A stretch of DNA of 37,837 nucleotides from an uncultured Akkermansia sp. (GTDB lineage Bacteria > Bacteroidota > Bacteroidia > B-17B0 > Aurantibacillaceae). This document shows, in pieces, positions 1 through 9,267 of the stretch (positions are counted from its first letter, which is position 1; each line of letters begins with the position of its first letter). The position numbers and the translations under genes were made by a program. Under the pieces are notes generated by a model. That model did not search any database and was not told the DNA's origin. It saw only the letters and a program-made list of their open reading frames with translations. Location: assembly GCA_964517305.1 (NCBI GenBank), contig CAZFCR010000001.1, forward strand, positions 1 through 37,837, given 5' to 3'.

Positions 1-150
1 GTAACTCCTGACGCAGGTGTGGTGAACCCGAAAGCCATTCCGGGCAGCATGCGTGGTAATCCTACCACACGCGACTGGTATTTTTTCTACGGGGTAACAC
101 TCACGTTTAAGTTGAGAGAAAGCAACCGTCCCTGCCACAGCGGAGGATAG
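1..150 (+). CDS. 3' end of a DUF6089 / PorG-like outer-membrane beta-barrel protein (partial, runs off the window)
   Basis: Frame 1 reads VTPDAGVVNPKAIPGSMRGNPTTRDWYFFYGVTLTFKLRESNRPCHSGG* (TAG 148-150); the RGNP..DWY.F.G.TLTF...C ending is what I recall for DUF6089/PorG proteins. Confidence 0.6.
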   Translation, partial: VTPDAGVVNPKAIPGSMRGNPTTRDWYFFYGVTLTFKLRESNRPCHSGG

Positions 151-231
151 AGTATTAATTCTGTTTGTTGCGCGCGAAATCCGGATCATTCATCATCAAA
201 GCCTTTCCGGCCTCTCCAAGGGCACACAAAT

Positions 232-276
232 AAAAAAGCTACCTTAAAATCAGCGTGTGCTTTTTTTAAGATAGCT
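232..276 (-). terminator. Intrinsic terminator of the T9SS cargo gene
   Basis: 13-bp inverted repeat 237-249 / 264-276 (one G-U pair on the minus-strand RNA) followed by a U-tract (A-run from 232 on +), about 20 nt past the stop at 298. Confidence 0.7.
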
Positions 277-297
277 CTATATTAGAAACAGATAATA

Positions 298-3200
298 TTA
301 TTCTTTAATGATCTTCATTGTCTGAAGCGGACGGTCTTCTGAATTAAATTTCAAAAGATATTGGCCCGCCGCCAGTTTGCTGAGGTCTATTGTTCCGTTC
401 TGATCGTTATCACTCAGCCGGATCTCAGCACGCAATACAAGTCTTCCTGCCAGATCAGTAATAGCAACGTCAACGGTATTCAATGATATGCCTTCGGTTC
501 TGATCTCGAGTTTTTCTTTAGCCGGGTTAGGGAATACACGAAACAGGCTGCGCAACGGACCATTATCGGAGATAGCGGTACATTCTGCAACTTCAACAGT
601 GATCATGGCGGCACTTTCGCAGTTAAAGCTGTTACTTCCCACAACGGTGAACTCAAGTGAGGAAGAAAGATACAATCCAAACACCTGGTTGGTGCTGTTG
701 CCAGGCATCCAGGTATAAGAGGTGGCGCCGCTGGCACTCAGGCTGAGTGAATCATCGGAGCATACAAGGGTGTTTGAAGCAAGGATATTAATTACGGGCG
801 AAGGGTTAACTGTTACAACGTGGGTCTGGGCCTTTGTGCATCCATTGGCACCGGTACCGGTGACTGTATAATTAGTGTTGCTTGCCGGCGCGTCGCTGAA
901 GGCCGCTCCCTGCTGTCCATTGTTCCAGGTATACGTATTTGCGCCCGATGCATTGAGGGAAATAATTTTGCCCTCACATACATTATTGCCTCCGCTGATG
1001 CTGATCACTGGTGCAGGCAATACATTGGCTGTGACCGTCCTTACAGATGAGCATCCGTTGGCTGTGCCGGTTACAGTATAAATTGTTTGCACAGAAGGAC
1101 TAAAGGCACTAATGGCAAAATTTCCTCCACCGTTGCTCCATGAATAATTAGCTGCGCCCGTTGCAGTAAAAGAAATGATATTTCCCGGGCAAATGCTCGG
1201 CGCAGATGAAGCTACATTGACTGTGGGCGAAGGTGAAATGGTAACCATCTGTGTATAGGTATTGCCGGGGCCAATGTTATTGGCTGTTTGAATGCTCACT
1301 GTGTAGTTTCCCGCAACAGGAAAAATCATCACCGGGCTGCTGGCGGTAGCAGAACTCACTGATACACCTGCAGAGGGCGACACAGCCCAGCTCCAGTTAG
1401 TAGGTGCGTTAGTAGACATGTCGGTAAAAGTGATGGCAGCTCCCGCACATTTAGTATTTGGTGTTACGCTAAAATTACTTACAGGAGCCTGACTTGAACT
1501 GTAAACACTGGCCACCCAAACACCGCGCCCATAGGTGGAAGCATGTAACAAACTTGGTGAAGCAGGGGAGATTTCCAGCTCTGAAATTGGCGTGTTGGGA
1601 AGGTTGGTGTTGTAAAGCGTCCAGCTGGCTGCGCCATTGTCGCGGTAATAAACACCTACGTCCATGCCAACATAAATCCTGTCGTTACTGCCTGGCTGGT
1701 ATACACAACAGTTAGCCGGAATATTGGGAAGGTTAGCAGTGTAATTGGTCCAGGTAACACCTCCGTTGGTGGTAACAAACACCTTGTTTCCGCTTGAATA
1801 ACCGCTGAGCACAACCCATGCGTTATTAGGGTCAAGAGGATCGATACAAATGTATTCCGGTAAAGCAGTGCCCACCGGAATAGAACCGGTAACAGTGGTC
1901 CAGGAAGTGCCGCCGTTTGTAGTTTTATAGATGCCTGTGCTTTTTAAAGCATAGATCACCTGGTTGTTAGAGGGCGCAATTGCGAATTCGCGGATAGAGG
2001 CATTTCCGCCCGGCATCACACCTGCCGTTGCAGCCCAACCCAAACCCTGATTGGTAGAGCGGTAAAGCTGCGAATAGCCTGCGTATAAAGTTTGCGCTGT
2101 TATCGGATCCTGTTTCCAAACTGTTACCCAGGGTCCGGATGAGGGGAGTCCTGTTGTAGCCATGGACCAGTTGAGACCGCCATTGGTTGATCTTCGCAGA
2201 CCTCCGTTCTGAGTCGATCCGAATACATTCTGATTATTGGTGCGGTCAAAAAAACAATCCATGCCATCGCCACCAATTTCGGCGTTGTAAATGCTGCCGT
2301 TCCAGATGCTGGTGCCGTTGTCCTGGTGACCGGTGATCCACATGTTGGCTGTTAAAGAAGACATACCTATTTTGTAGATCTGAGCAATATTCATCGTTCC
2401 GGAAATATCGGTCCATGCATTGTTTACACGCCTGTAAACGGCACCGTCGTTACAATTATAGAGCATACCCGCTGCAGTGTATTCAAGATCGTGGTGATCG
2501 GCATGTGTAAAAGGCGCGCCATTGCCGGTCCAATGACCATAGATAGACCATGAGGTGCCACCGTCGGTTGTGCGCCAAACGTTTACACCACCTGTTACCA
2601 CCTCATCTCTGTTAAGTGGCGAAGCAGCCACACAAAGGTCGTACCAGCCCTGCCCGCCTGAATCGTTGCCTGTGCTCGACCAGCCAAGGAGGTTAGGACT
2701 CGCAGCCATCTGTGTAAATGTAGTACCACTGTTGGTTGAGCGGTAGAATCCGAGGAAACCACTGTTGGCGCTACTGGAAGCAAGTACATACACATAATTG
2801 GCATCGGCCGGCGTTACCGCAATGGCCATGCGCTGCGCACCTGTTGTTATACCTGTGCTTACAGTGGTGAAACTGGCACCACCATTGGTAGAAACCCTGA
2901 AGCTGTTGCCTGCAATATACACGGTGTTGGGATCACCTGGTTTAAATTCTGCGTCATAAAAATTTCCAGAAGCCACTACCGACCAGTTAAGACCGCCATT
3001 GATGGTACGGTACATGCCGGAAGCCGTAGCTGCTAAAAGGATCTGTGTATTTGACGGATTAATAATAAGACGCCTGATGCTGAAATTGGAAGTCACCGGG
3101 TAGGTCATGCCGGTTGTATTCCAGGTCAATCCGCCGTCGAGAGATTTCAGAACACCGATGCTGCGGGTGTCGCCCGCATTGCCATCGCCTGTTGCAAGAT

Positions 3201-3789
3201 ACATGATGTTGCTGTTGGTGGGATCAATTGCCAGATCGGTACAACCTGTAACAGTGAGCTGATCGGTATTGGTGGTCCAGCTGATGCCGGCATTCACAGA
3301 AAGCCACAAACCGCCGGCAGGCGCACCCACCCAAAGGTTGTTAGGATTATTGGGATCGATCGTTATAAAGTTAAGACGACCTGCTTTCAGAAACTGGTTG
3401 CCTGCCTGACCACTCATTCCACCCATTGGACCGATGGGGGTCCAGGTGGCGGAAGCCAGCATGTTATTTGGATTGATCACTTTGTTGGCCCCCTGCTCGG
3501 CATTATATTGTTCGAGAAATGCGGCGTAATTTTTTGATGTTAATGAAAGTTGTGAGAGATTACCACTCGGATAAACACGGGGTTCAACAAAGTTTTCCCA
3601 GCGTTTAAATACTTTGTAGCCTTTGCCTTTTTCAGTTTTATCGCGCGGCGCCCAGTAACTTTCAAACGCCGCTTTCGCTTCGTAAAAATTACCGTTAGGG
3701 TCCTGCATTTTTTCTACCCATTCCTGGCTGTATAAGCTCAGAGAAAAAACTGTTGTCAAAAGAACGAGTGGTAAACTTTTAATTTTCAT
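298..3789 (-). CDS. T9SS-secreted protein: BNR/Asp-box (VPS10/glycosyl-hydrolase-like) beta-propellers, PKD domain, Ig-like repeats, type A C-terminal sorting domain
   Basis: Likely start MKIKSL (ATG 3789) with signal peptide ending ..LYS|Q; many S/T-x-D/N-GG-x-T/S-W Asp boxes; PKD motif FTDMSTNAPTNWSW; three ASGAxxYTW-type repeats; CTD VFPNPA..G.Y....KIIKE. Confidence 0.88.
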   Translation of the reverse strand: MKIKSLPLVLLTTVFSLSLYSQEWVEKMQDPNGNFYEAKAAFESYWAPRDKTEKGKGYKVFKRWENFVEPRVYPSGNLSQLSLTSKNYAAFLEQYNAEQGANKVINPNNMLASATWTPIGPMGGMSGQAGNQFLKAGRLNFITIDPNNPNNLWVGAPAGGLWLSVNAGISWTTNTDQLTVTGCTDLAIDPTNSNIMYLATGDGNAGDTRSIGVLKSLDGGLTWNTTGMTYPVTSNFSIRRLIINPSNTQILLAATASGMYRTINGGLNWSVVASGNFYDAEFKPGDPNTVYIAGNSFRVSTNGGASFTTVSTGITTGAQRMAIAVTPADANYVYVLASSSANSGFLGFYRSTNSGTTFTQMAASPNLLGWSSTGNDSGGQGWYDLCVAASPLNRDEVVTGGVNVWRTTDGGTSWSIYGHWTGNGAPFTHADHHDLEYTAAGMLYNCNDGAVYRRVNNAWTDISGTMNIAQIYKIGMSSLTANMWITGHQDNGTSIWNGSIYNAEIGGDGMDCFFDRTNNQNVFGSTQNGGLRRSTNGGLNWSMATTGLPSSGPWVTVWKQDPITAQTLYAGYSQLYRSTNQGLGWAATAGVMPGGNASIREFAIAPSNNQVIYALKSTGIYKTTNGGTSWTTVTGSIPVGTALPEYICIDPLDPNNAWVVLSGYSSGNKVFVTTNGGVTWTNYTANLPNIPANCCVYQPGSNDRIYVGMDVGVYYRDNGAASWTLYNTNLPNTPISELEISPASPSLLHASTYGRGVWVASVYSSSQAPVSNFSVTPNTKCAGAAITFTDMSTNAPTNWSWAVSPSAGVSVSSATASSPVMIFPVAGNYTVSIQTANNIGPGNTYTQMVTISPSPTVNVASSAPSICPGNIISFTATGAANYSWSNGGGNFAISAFSPSVQTIYTVTGTANGCSSVRTVTANVLPAPVISISGGNNVCEGKIISLNASGANTYTWNNGQQGAAFSDAPASNTNYTVTGTGANGCTKAQTHVVTVNPSPVINILASNTLVCSDDSLSLSASGATSYTWMPGNSTNQVFGLYLSSSLEFTVVGSNSFNCESAAMITVEVAECTAISDNGPLRSLFRVFPNPAKEKLEIRTEGISLNTVDVAITDLAGRLVLRAEIRLSDNDQNGTIDLSKLAAGQYLLKFNSEDRPLQTMKIIKE

Positions 3790-3972
3790 TTTATTAATTT
3801 GAAGTTGAAATATAAATATACAATTAAGAAACAATTTTTCAGAGCGATCAGGGGCGACAGATGTTAAAAGTGAGATTTATCCCTGTATTTTGTGAAAACA
3901 GGGAATTAACAATCTGGTCTTTCTGATAAAGAATGACTTTTATTTCAGTGGATTAGTTTTTTGACAACAATG

Positions 3973-5178
3973 TCAGGCTGATGCATTGTCGAGGCGCCGG
4001 AACCCAAAAGCCAGCAAAAGAAGCAAGGCCCCTACAGCCGCGAAAAGCACAGAAAAACTGGTAAGATCAACAAGCATCGCACACAAAAATGGACCAACGG
4101 TTTGCGCCACACCCCAGGAGATGGTATACAGCGCGGCATATTGTCCGCGGTTGTGTTCATTAGAACGTTGGGTCCAGTAAGAGCTCATAAAAGGCATGGA
4201 GATGATCTCCCCCGCGGTGAGAAGAATGATCATTAAGAGCGCGATGAATTTGCCGTTGCCAGGAATAACCAGAACAAAAAATGCAAGCGCGCAAATGAGC
4301 ACGCCGCGTGTGATAAAAGCGAGATTACTTCTGCGGCCTTCGAGCCGGTAAACAAGTACCATTTCTACAGCTACAATAATAAGACCGTTGATGGCCATTG
4401 TAAACCCTATAAAACTTTCAGAGAGCAATAAGTTGTCGCGGAAATATTTTGGAATGGTAGTAAAGAGCTGAAAAAAACAGATGGCGTAAAGTGTGATGAG
4501 CACAACGAACTTAAGATAGGTTTTGTCGCGGTAGGCTGACATCGCAGGTGGGGTGCCCTGTCCGGGTTCACGCGACACAACAACCGGCGCAACAGGTTTT
4601 AGGAAAATAAAAAGCAGGATGCCTGCACCGAGATTGGTAAAACCATCTACCCAGAACAGGAGTTCGTAATCTACCGAGGCGATGAGTCCGCCGATAGAAG
4701 TGCCCAGTGCCCAGCCAAGATTAATGGCAAGCCGGTTAAGCGAATAAGAACGCGTTCTGTTTTCGGGTTGGCTGTAATGAGCCACGGCAGCCGAGTTGGC
4801 AGGCCGGAATGCATCGTTAACCAGACTGAGTATAAATGTAAAAACACAGATGAGTGGAAATGATTTTACCTGACCCAGCACCATAAACATAATACCACCC
4901 ATTACAAGTGTAGCCAGCTGAACTTTGTGAAAACCGATGCGGTCGCTGAATTTGCCGCCAAAATAAGCGCCAACCACCGAGCCCAGACCAAACAAAGCCA
5001 TCACAATACCGGCATCGGTGAGCGAGCGACCCACTTTTTCGCTGGTCAGATACAGTGTCATAAATGGCATTACCATGGTTCCGCTGCGGTTAATCAGCAT
5101 TACCAGCGATAGCAGCCAGGTTTCTTTGCTCAGTCCCGAAAAAGAGGAGCGGTAAAGGGAAAACGTACGTCTGATCAT
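3973..5178 (-). CDS. MFS transporter (multidrug/DHA-like)
   Basis: 401 aa, about 12 hydrophobic segments, MFS motif A GGKFSDRIG. Confidence 0.9.
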   Translation of the reverse strand: MIRRTFSLYRSSFSGLSKETWLLSLVMLINRSGTMVMPFMTLYLTSEKVGRSLTDAGIVMALFGLGSVVGAYFGGKFSDRIGFHKVQLATLVMGGIMFMVLGQVKSFPLICVFTFILSLVNDAFRPANSAAVAHYSQPENRTRSYSLNRLAINLGWALGTSIGGLIASVDYELLFWVDGFTNLGAGILLFIFLKPVAPVVVSREPGQGTPPAMSAYRDKTYLKFVVLITLYAICFFQLFTTIPKYFRDNLLLSESFIGFTMAINGLIIVAVEMVLVYRLEGRRSNLAFITRGVLICALAFFVLVIPGNGKFIALLMIILLTAGEIISMPFMSSYWTQRSNEHNRGQYAALYTISWGVAQTVGPFLCAMLVDLTSFSVLFAAVGALLLLLAFGFRRLDNASA

Positions 5179-5179
5179 A

Positions 5180-5779
5180 TCAGCCCAACATGTACTGTGT
5201 TACCAGGGCAGTAAGTTCTTTCTGAAGACTGAGGGTTTTATCGGTATTGTACCATTGCTGCACCTTTAATCCTTTTTCTTCCTTGCTCACGCCGTTCTTC
5301 AGCAAGTCCATCACCATGGCCTGCACAGGGGCTGGACGCGGCCCCCAGGTAAACATTTCTTCGAGCGTGGTTTTTTTCAGGCAAACCAGTTTAGGGATCG
5401 ACCGCGCGCCGTTGGTCAGGTACTGGTCCATGATATCGGGATTGTCATCGCGCATAATCAGCCGGAGGCTGAGCTGCGGACATTCTTTTTCCATGGCGTG
5501 CATCACAGGAATGTTCTGCGAGGTATCTCCGCACCAGCCTTCAGTGAGCAGCAGCCATATAAATTCACCTTTTACCTTGTGCAAAGCTGTTTTTGTTTCT
5601 TCAGTAAGTTGCACAGTTTTGTCGAGCCGGGCCATGCGCTGGATATTGATCCTGGCGAAGCCAATTTTTTCTTCGCTCTGGTCGTGCCCTGTTGTTTTTC
5701 CCTGTTCGAGTAAAGTTTGCAGTAATGCGGTGTATTGCGGGTAACTGATGGACCTGTTTAACTGTTCCTGTGTGATCAT
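5180..5779 (-). CDS. Thioredoxin-family protein (Thioredoxin_9 type, single-Cys WCGD motif)
   Basis: TEGWCGD, RDDNPDIMDQYLTNGARSIP and WGPRP motifs; start overlaps the acs stop (ATGA). Confidence 0.85.
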   Translation of the reverse strand: MITQEQLNRSISYPQYTALLQTLLEQGKTTGHDQSEEKIGFARINIQRMARLDKTVQLTEETKTALHKVKGEFIWLLLTEGWCGDTSQNIPVMHAMEKECPQLSLRLIMRDDNPDIMDQYLTNGARSIPKLVCLKKTTLEEMFTWGPRPAPVQAMVMDLLKNGVSKEEKGLKVQQWYNTDKTLSLQKELTALVTQYMLG

Positions 5780-7668
5780 TGTTTTCCTTTTATAATTTCT
5801 TCTACTATTTGTGGATCAAGCAAGGTGGAGGTATCACCAAGATTACTGAGTTCGCCTTCCGCAATTTTTCTGAGGATGCGGCGCATGATCTTGCCGCTCC
5901 GGGTTTTTGGCAATCCCGTTACAATCTGGATCTTGTCGGGTTTGGCAATGGGTCCGATGAGTTTTGCAACAAGTTCACGGATCTCGGTTTTGAGCTGTTC
6001 TTCGCTGGCGGAGACTTCACCTGTTGGAATACAATACGCATAAATTCCCTGTCCTTTGATCTCATGCGGAAAAGCCACCACGGCCGTTTCAACAATGCAA
6101 CTGTGCTCGTTAATGGCATTTTCAACTTCGGCTGTACCAATGCGGTGACCGCTGATGTTCATCACATCGTCTACGCGGCCGGTAATGCGGTAATATCCTT
6201 CAGCATCGCGCTTACAGCCATCGCCAGTAAAATATAAACCCTTGTAGGTACTGAAATACGACTGGCGGCAACGTTCGTGATCGCCCCAGGTGGTGCGGAT
6301 GATTGAAGGCCATGGAAAACGAATGCAGAGATTGCCTTCCACATTGTTGCCTTTGATCTCTTCTCCTTTTTCATCTACCAGAATGGGCTGCACACCGGGT
6401 AAAGGCAGCATGGCGTAACCGGGTTTGGCCGGAGTAATGCCGGCCAGCGGCGATATCATGATGCCCGCGGTTTCGGTCTGCCACCAGGTATCCACTATCG
6501 GACATTTTTCTTTGCCTATATTTTTATGATACCAGTGCCAGGCTTCTTCATTAATGGGCTCGCCTACGCTGCCCAGTACACGCAGACTTCCAAGATCATA
6601 GGGTTTTATAAAATCAGTTCCGGCGGCTTCCAGCGAACGGATGGCTGTGGGCGCGGTATAGAAAATATTGACCTGGTACTTATCTATTATCTGCCAGAAA
6701 CGACCCGCGTCGGGAAACGTTGGGATCCCTTCAAAGATCACCGTGGTAGCACCGGCAAGCAGAGGGCCGTACGTGATGTAACTGTGTCCTGTGATCCAGC
6801 CGATATCAGCCGTACACCAGTATACATCTCTCTTGTTGTATTGAAATACATTTTCGAAAGTGTACGCGGTAAATACCATGTAACCGCCGCAGGTATGCAC
6901 CACGCCTTTGGGTTTGCCAGTGCTTCCTGATGTGTAAAGAATAAATAATGGATCTTCGCTGTCCATGCTTTCAGCTTCACAGATCTCTGATTGTGCAGCG
7001 CAGGTGCTTTGCCAGTCGTGATCGCGGCCATGTTGCATGGGAACCGCTTCGCCTGTGCGTTTCAGAACCAAAACATGTTTCACACCCGGGCATGCCAGCA
7101 GGGCTTCATCTACGGTGGTTTTCATGGGAATTTTTTTATTTCCCCTGAACGATCCGTCGCTCGTGAGCACCAGTTGACAATCGCTGTCATTAATGCGCTC
7201 GGTGATGGCCGTTGCGCTGAAACCTCCGAAAATGACATTGTGAACAGCACCGATGCGTGCGCAGGCCAGCATGGCGAAAACGGCTTCAGGTAGCATGGGC
7301 AGGTAGATACAAACCCGGCCACCTTTTTTGATCCCGAATGATTTAATGGCGTTTGCCAGTTTGTTGACTTCCCTCGAAAGTTCAGCGTAAGTAATGATCC
7401 TTTCTTTTTCTGAAGGATCATTGGCTTCCCAGATAAATGCCGTATCGTTGGCGCGGGCCGGCAAATGCCTGTCGATGCAGTTTTCGGTGATGTTGAATTT
7501 TCCGTTGAGGAACCATTTTACATCGGGTTGATAAAAATCCCACTCCAGAACGCTGTTCCATTTTTGATGCCACTTAAACTCCGAAGCAATCTCCGACCAG
7601 AATGTTTCCGGCTCGTTTATACTTTTTTTGTATTGTTGGTGGTAATCCTGCAGCGAATGGATTTTCAT
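5776..7668 (-). CDS. acs: Acetyl-CoA synthetase (AMP-forming)
   Basis: YTSGSTGKPKG, DTWWQTET and PKTRSGKIMRR motifs; 630 aa. Confidence 0.97.
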   Translation of the reverse strand: MKIHSLQDYHQQYKKSINEPETFWSEIASEFKWHQKWNSVLEWDFYQPDVKWFLNGKFNITENCIDRHLPARANDTAFIWEANDPSEKERIITYAELSREVNKLANAIKSFGIKKGGRVCIYLPMLPEAVFAMLACARIGAVHNVIFGGFSATAITERINDSDCQLVLTSDGSFRGNKKIPMKTTVDEALLACPGVKHVLVLKRTGEAVPMQHGRDHDWQSTCAAQSEICEAESMDSEDPLFILYTSGSTGKPKGVVHTCGGYMVFTAYTFENVFQYNKRDVYWCTADIGWITGHSYITYGPLLAGATTVIFEGIPTFPDAGRFWQIIDKYQVNIFYTAPTAIRSLEAAGTDFIKPYDLGSLRVLGSVGEPINEEAWHWYHKNIGKEKCPIVDTWWQTETAGIMISPLAGITPAKPGYAMLPLPGVQPILVDEKGEEIKGNNVEGNLCIRFPWPSIIRTTWGDHERCRQSYFSTYKGLYFTGDGCKRDAEGYYRITGRVDDVMNISGHRIGTAEVENAINEHSCIVETAVVAFPHEIKGQGIYAYCIPTGEVSASEEQLKTEIRELVAKLIGPIAKPDKIQIVTGLPKTRSGKIMRRILRKIAEGELSNLGDTSTLLDPQIVEEIIKGKQ

Positions 7669-7830
7669 AGGCGAAGCGTTGAAGCAGTAAAATTAGAGTA
7701 TTTGATTCAGCATTAGGTCCCGCGACTTAAAAAATATCCTAAAAGCGCGGAATAAAAGCGGTTAATTTAATTGTTAATAAACTAATTCAGCGCGTGCCAC
7801 TGAAGCGTTTCAATTTTATAATTTTAAATC

Positions 7831-8835
7831 ATGATGAAACTGAACCATTTGTTTTTTGCCCTTGTTGCCGCCGCAGTAACGGCGTGTGTACCTGCCAGGA
7901 TGCTCGACGAATCAAAAGCCAAACTCAGCGCCTGTGAAACCGAGCTGTCGGCTATAAAAAAATCAAGCCAGGAAAATGAAGCCGCGCTGGCCGAACTGCG
8001 CGAACAGGCTGCCAAAGATCAGAAAACGGTTATGGGTTTAAGCCGCGATACCGCCATCATTGGCAGCAACCTGCGTAACCTCAATGCCAAACACGATAAG
8101 CTGAACATACTGAACGAACAGCTCATGAACCGCCTCGACCGCTTATTGAGTGGAAGCGAAAAAGACAATGCCAAACTGAGCGGCGATTTGCAGTTGACCA
8201 CAGAACAGCTTCTGAAAAAACAGGATGAGTTAAAAGCCCTTGAAACAAGGTTAAATGCACAAAAAGCAGAACTGGATAACCTGAGCCTGGAACTTAAAAA
8301 ACGCGAGGCGCGTGTAAACGAACTGGAAGAGATCCTGAAACAAAAAGAAAAAGCTGCGGCCGACCTGCGTAAAAAATTAAGCGATGCGCTTGTTGGATTT
8401 GAAAACAAAGGTTTAACCATCACCCAGAAAAACGGAAAGGTATATGTGAGTCTTGATGAGAGTCTTTTATTTGCAAGCGGCAAAACAAATGTTGAGGCCA
8501 AAGGTGTGGAAGCACTGAAGAATGTGGCGAAGGTGCTCGAACAGAATCCGGATATCAACGTGATGGTAGAAGGTCATACAGACGACGTGCCGATGAAAGG
8601 TGCGGGAGAAGTAAAGGACAACTGGGACCTGAGTGTGATGCGCGCTACTTCAGTAACTAAAATATTACTCAACAACGGGAAGATTGAGCAGCACCGCATC
8701 ATTGCCGCGGGTCGTGGTGAGTTTTCTCCTCTCGACAGAGGCAAAACACCGGAAGCCAGGAAAAAGAACCGCCGCACGGAGATCATCCTTACGCCTAAGC
8801 TGGACGAGTTACTGAAAGTGCTTGAAACGAATTGA
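7831..8835 (+). CDS. OmpA/MotB-family peptidoglycan-binding lipoprotein with long coiled coil
   Basis: Lipobox VTA|C, heptad-rich middle region, C-terminal VEGHTDD..NWDLS..RA..NRRTEI. Confidence 0.9.
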   Translation: MMKLNHLFFALVAAAVTACVPARMLDESKAKLSACETELSAIKKSSQENEAALAELREQAAKDQKTVMGLSRDTAIIGSNLRNLNAKHDKLNILNEQLMNRLDRLLSGSEKDNAKLSGDLQLTTEQLLKKQDELKALETRLNAQKAELDNLSLELKKREARVNELEEILKQKEKAAADLRKKLSDALVGFENKGLTITQKNGKVYVSLDESLLFASGKTNVEAKGVEALKNVAKVLEQNPDINVMVEGHTDDVPMKGAGEVKDNWDLSVMRATSVTKILLNNGKIEQHRIIAAGRGEFSPLDRGKTPEARKKNRRTEIILTPKLDELLKVLETN

Positions 8836-8883
8836 TTTTTTATTCAGGGTACCGATTCATTAACCATAAAAACAAAATCAAAC

Positions 8884-9261
8884 ATGAGTGTTCTTTCAGA
8901 ATTTAAAACCTTCATCATGAGGGGAAATGTGATCGACCTCGCAGTCGGGGTGATCATTGGTGCTGCGTTCAACAGTATTGTAACCGCGCTCATCGAGCAC
9001 ATCATTACACCATTGATGTTAAAACCTCTGATGGAAGCTGCCCATGTTTCCACTCTGCAGGAATATACCTGGCATGGGGCCAAGGTGGGTCTTTTTATAA
9101 GTTCAGTCATTACATTTCTTATCACCGCGTTTGTGCTGTTCCTGATTGTGAAAGGAATGAACAAGGCCAAACGTAAACAGGATGCAGAACCTGTGAAAGT
9201 GGTGGAACTTACCAAGTCAGAAATTCTTCTTACCGAGATCAGGGATTCACTGAAAAGATAA
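8884..9261 (+). CDS. mscL: Large-conductance mechanosensitive channel
   Basis: EFKTFIMRGNVIDLAVGVIIG and C-terminal LLTEIRDSLK. Confidence 0.97.
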   Translation: MSVLSEFKTFIMRGNVIDLAVGVIIGAAFNSIVTALIEHIITPLMLKPLMEAAHVSTLQEYTWHGAKVGLFISSVITFLITAFVLFLIVKGMNKAKRKQDAEPVKVVELTKSEILLTEIRDSLKR

Positions 9262-9267
9262 TTTTGA

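Noticed and set aside
3880..3904. Hairpin CCCTGT...ACAGGG downstream of the MFS gene
   Set aside because: Short, bulged and without a U-tract; cannot be called a terminator
7760..7777. GGTTAA/TGTTAA pair between acs and the OmpA gene
   Set aside because: Period is 12 rather than 11 and there is no -7 element at the 20-nt spacing, so it is not counted as the Pho-like box
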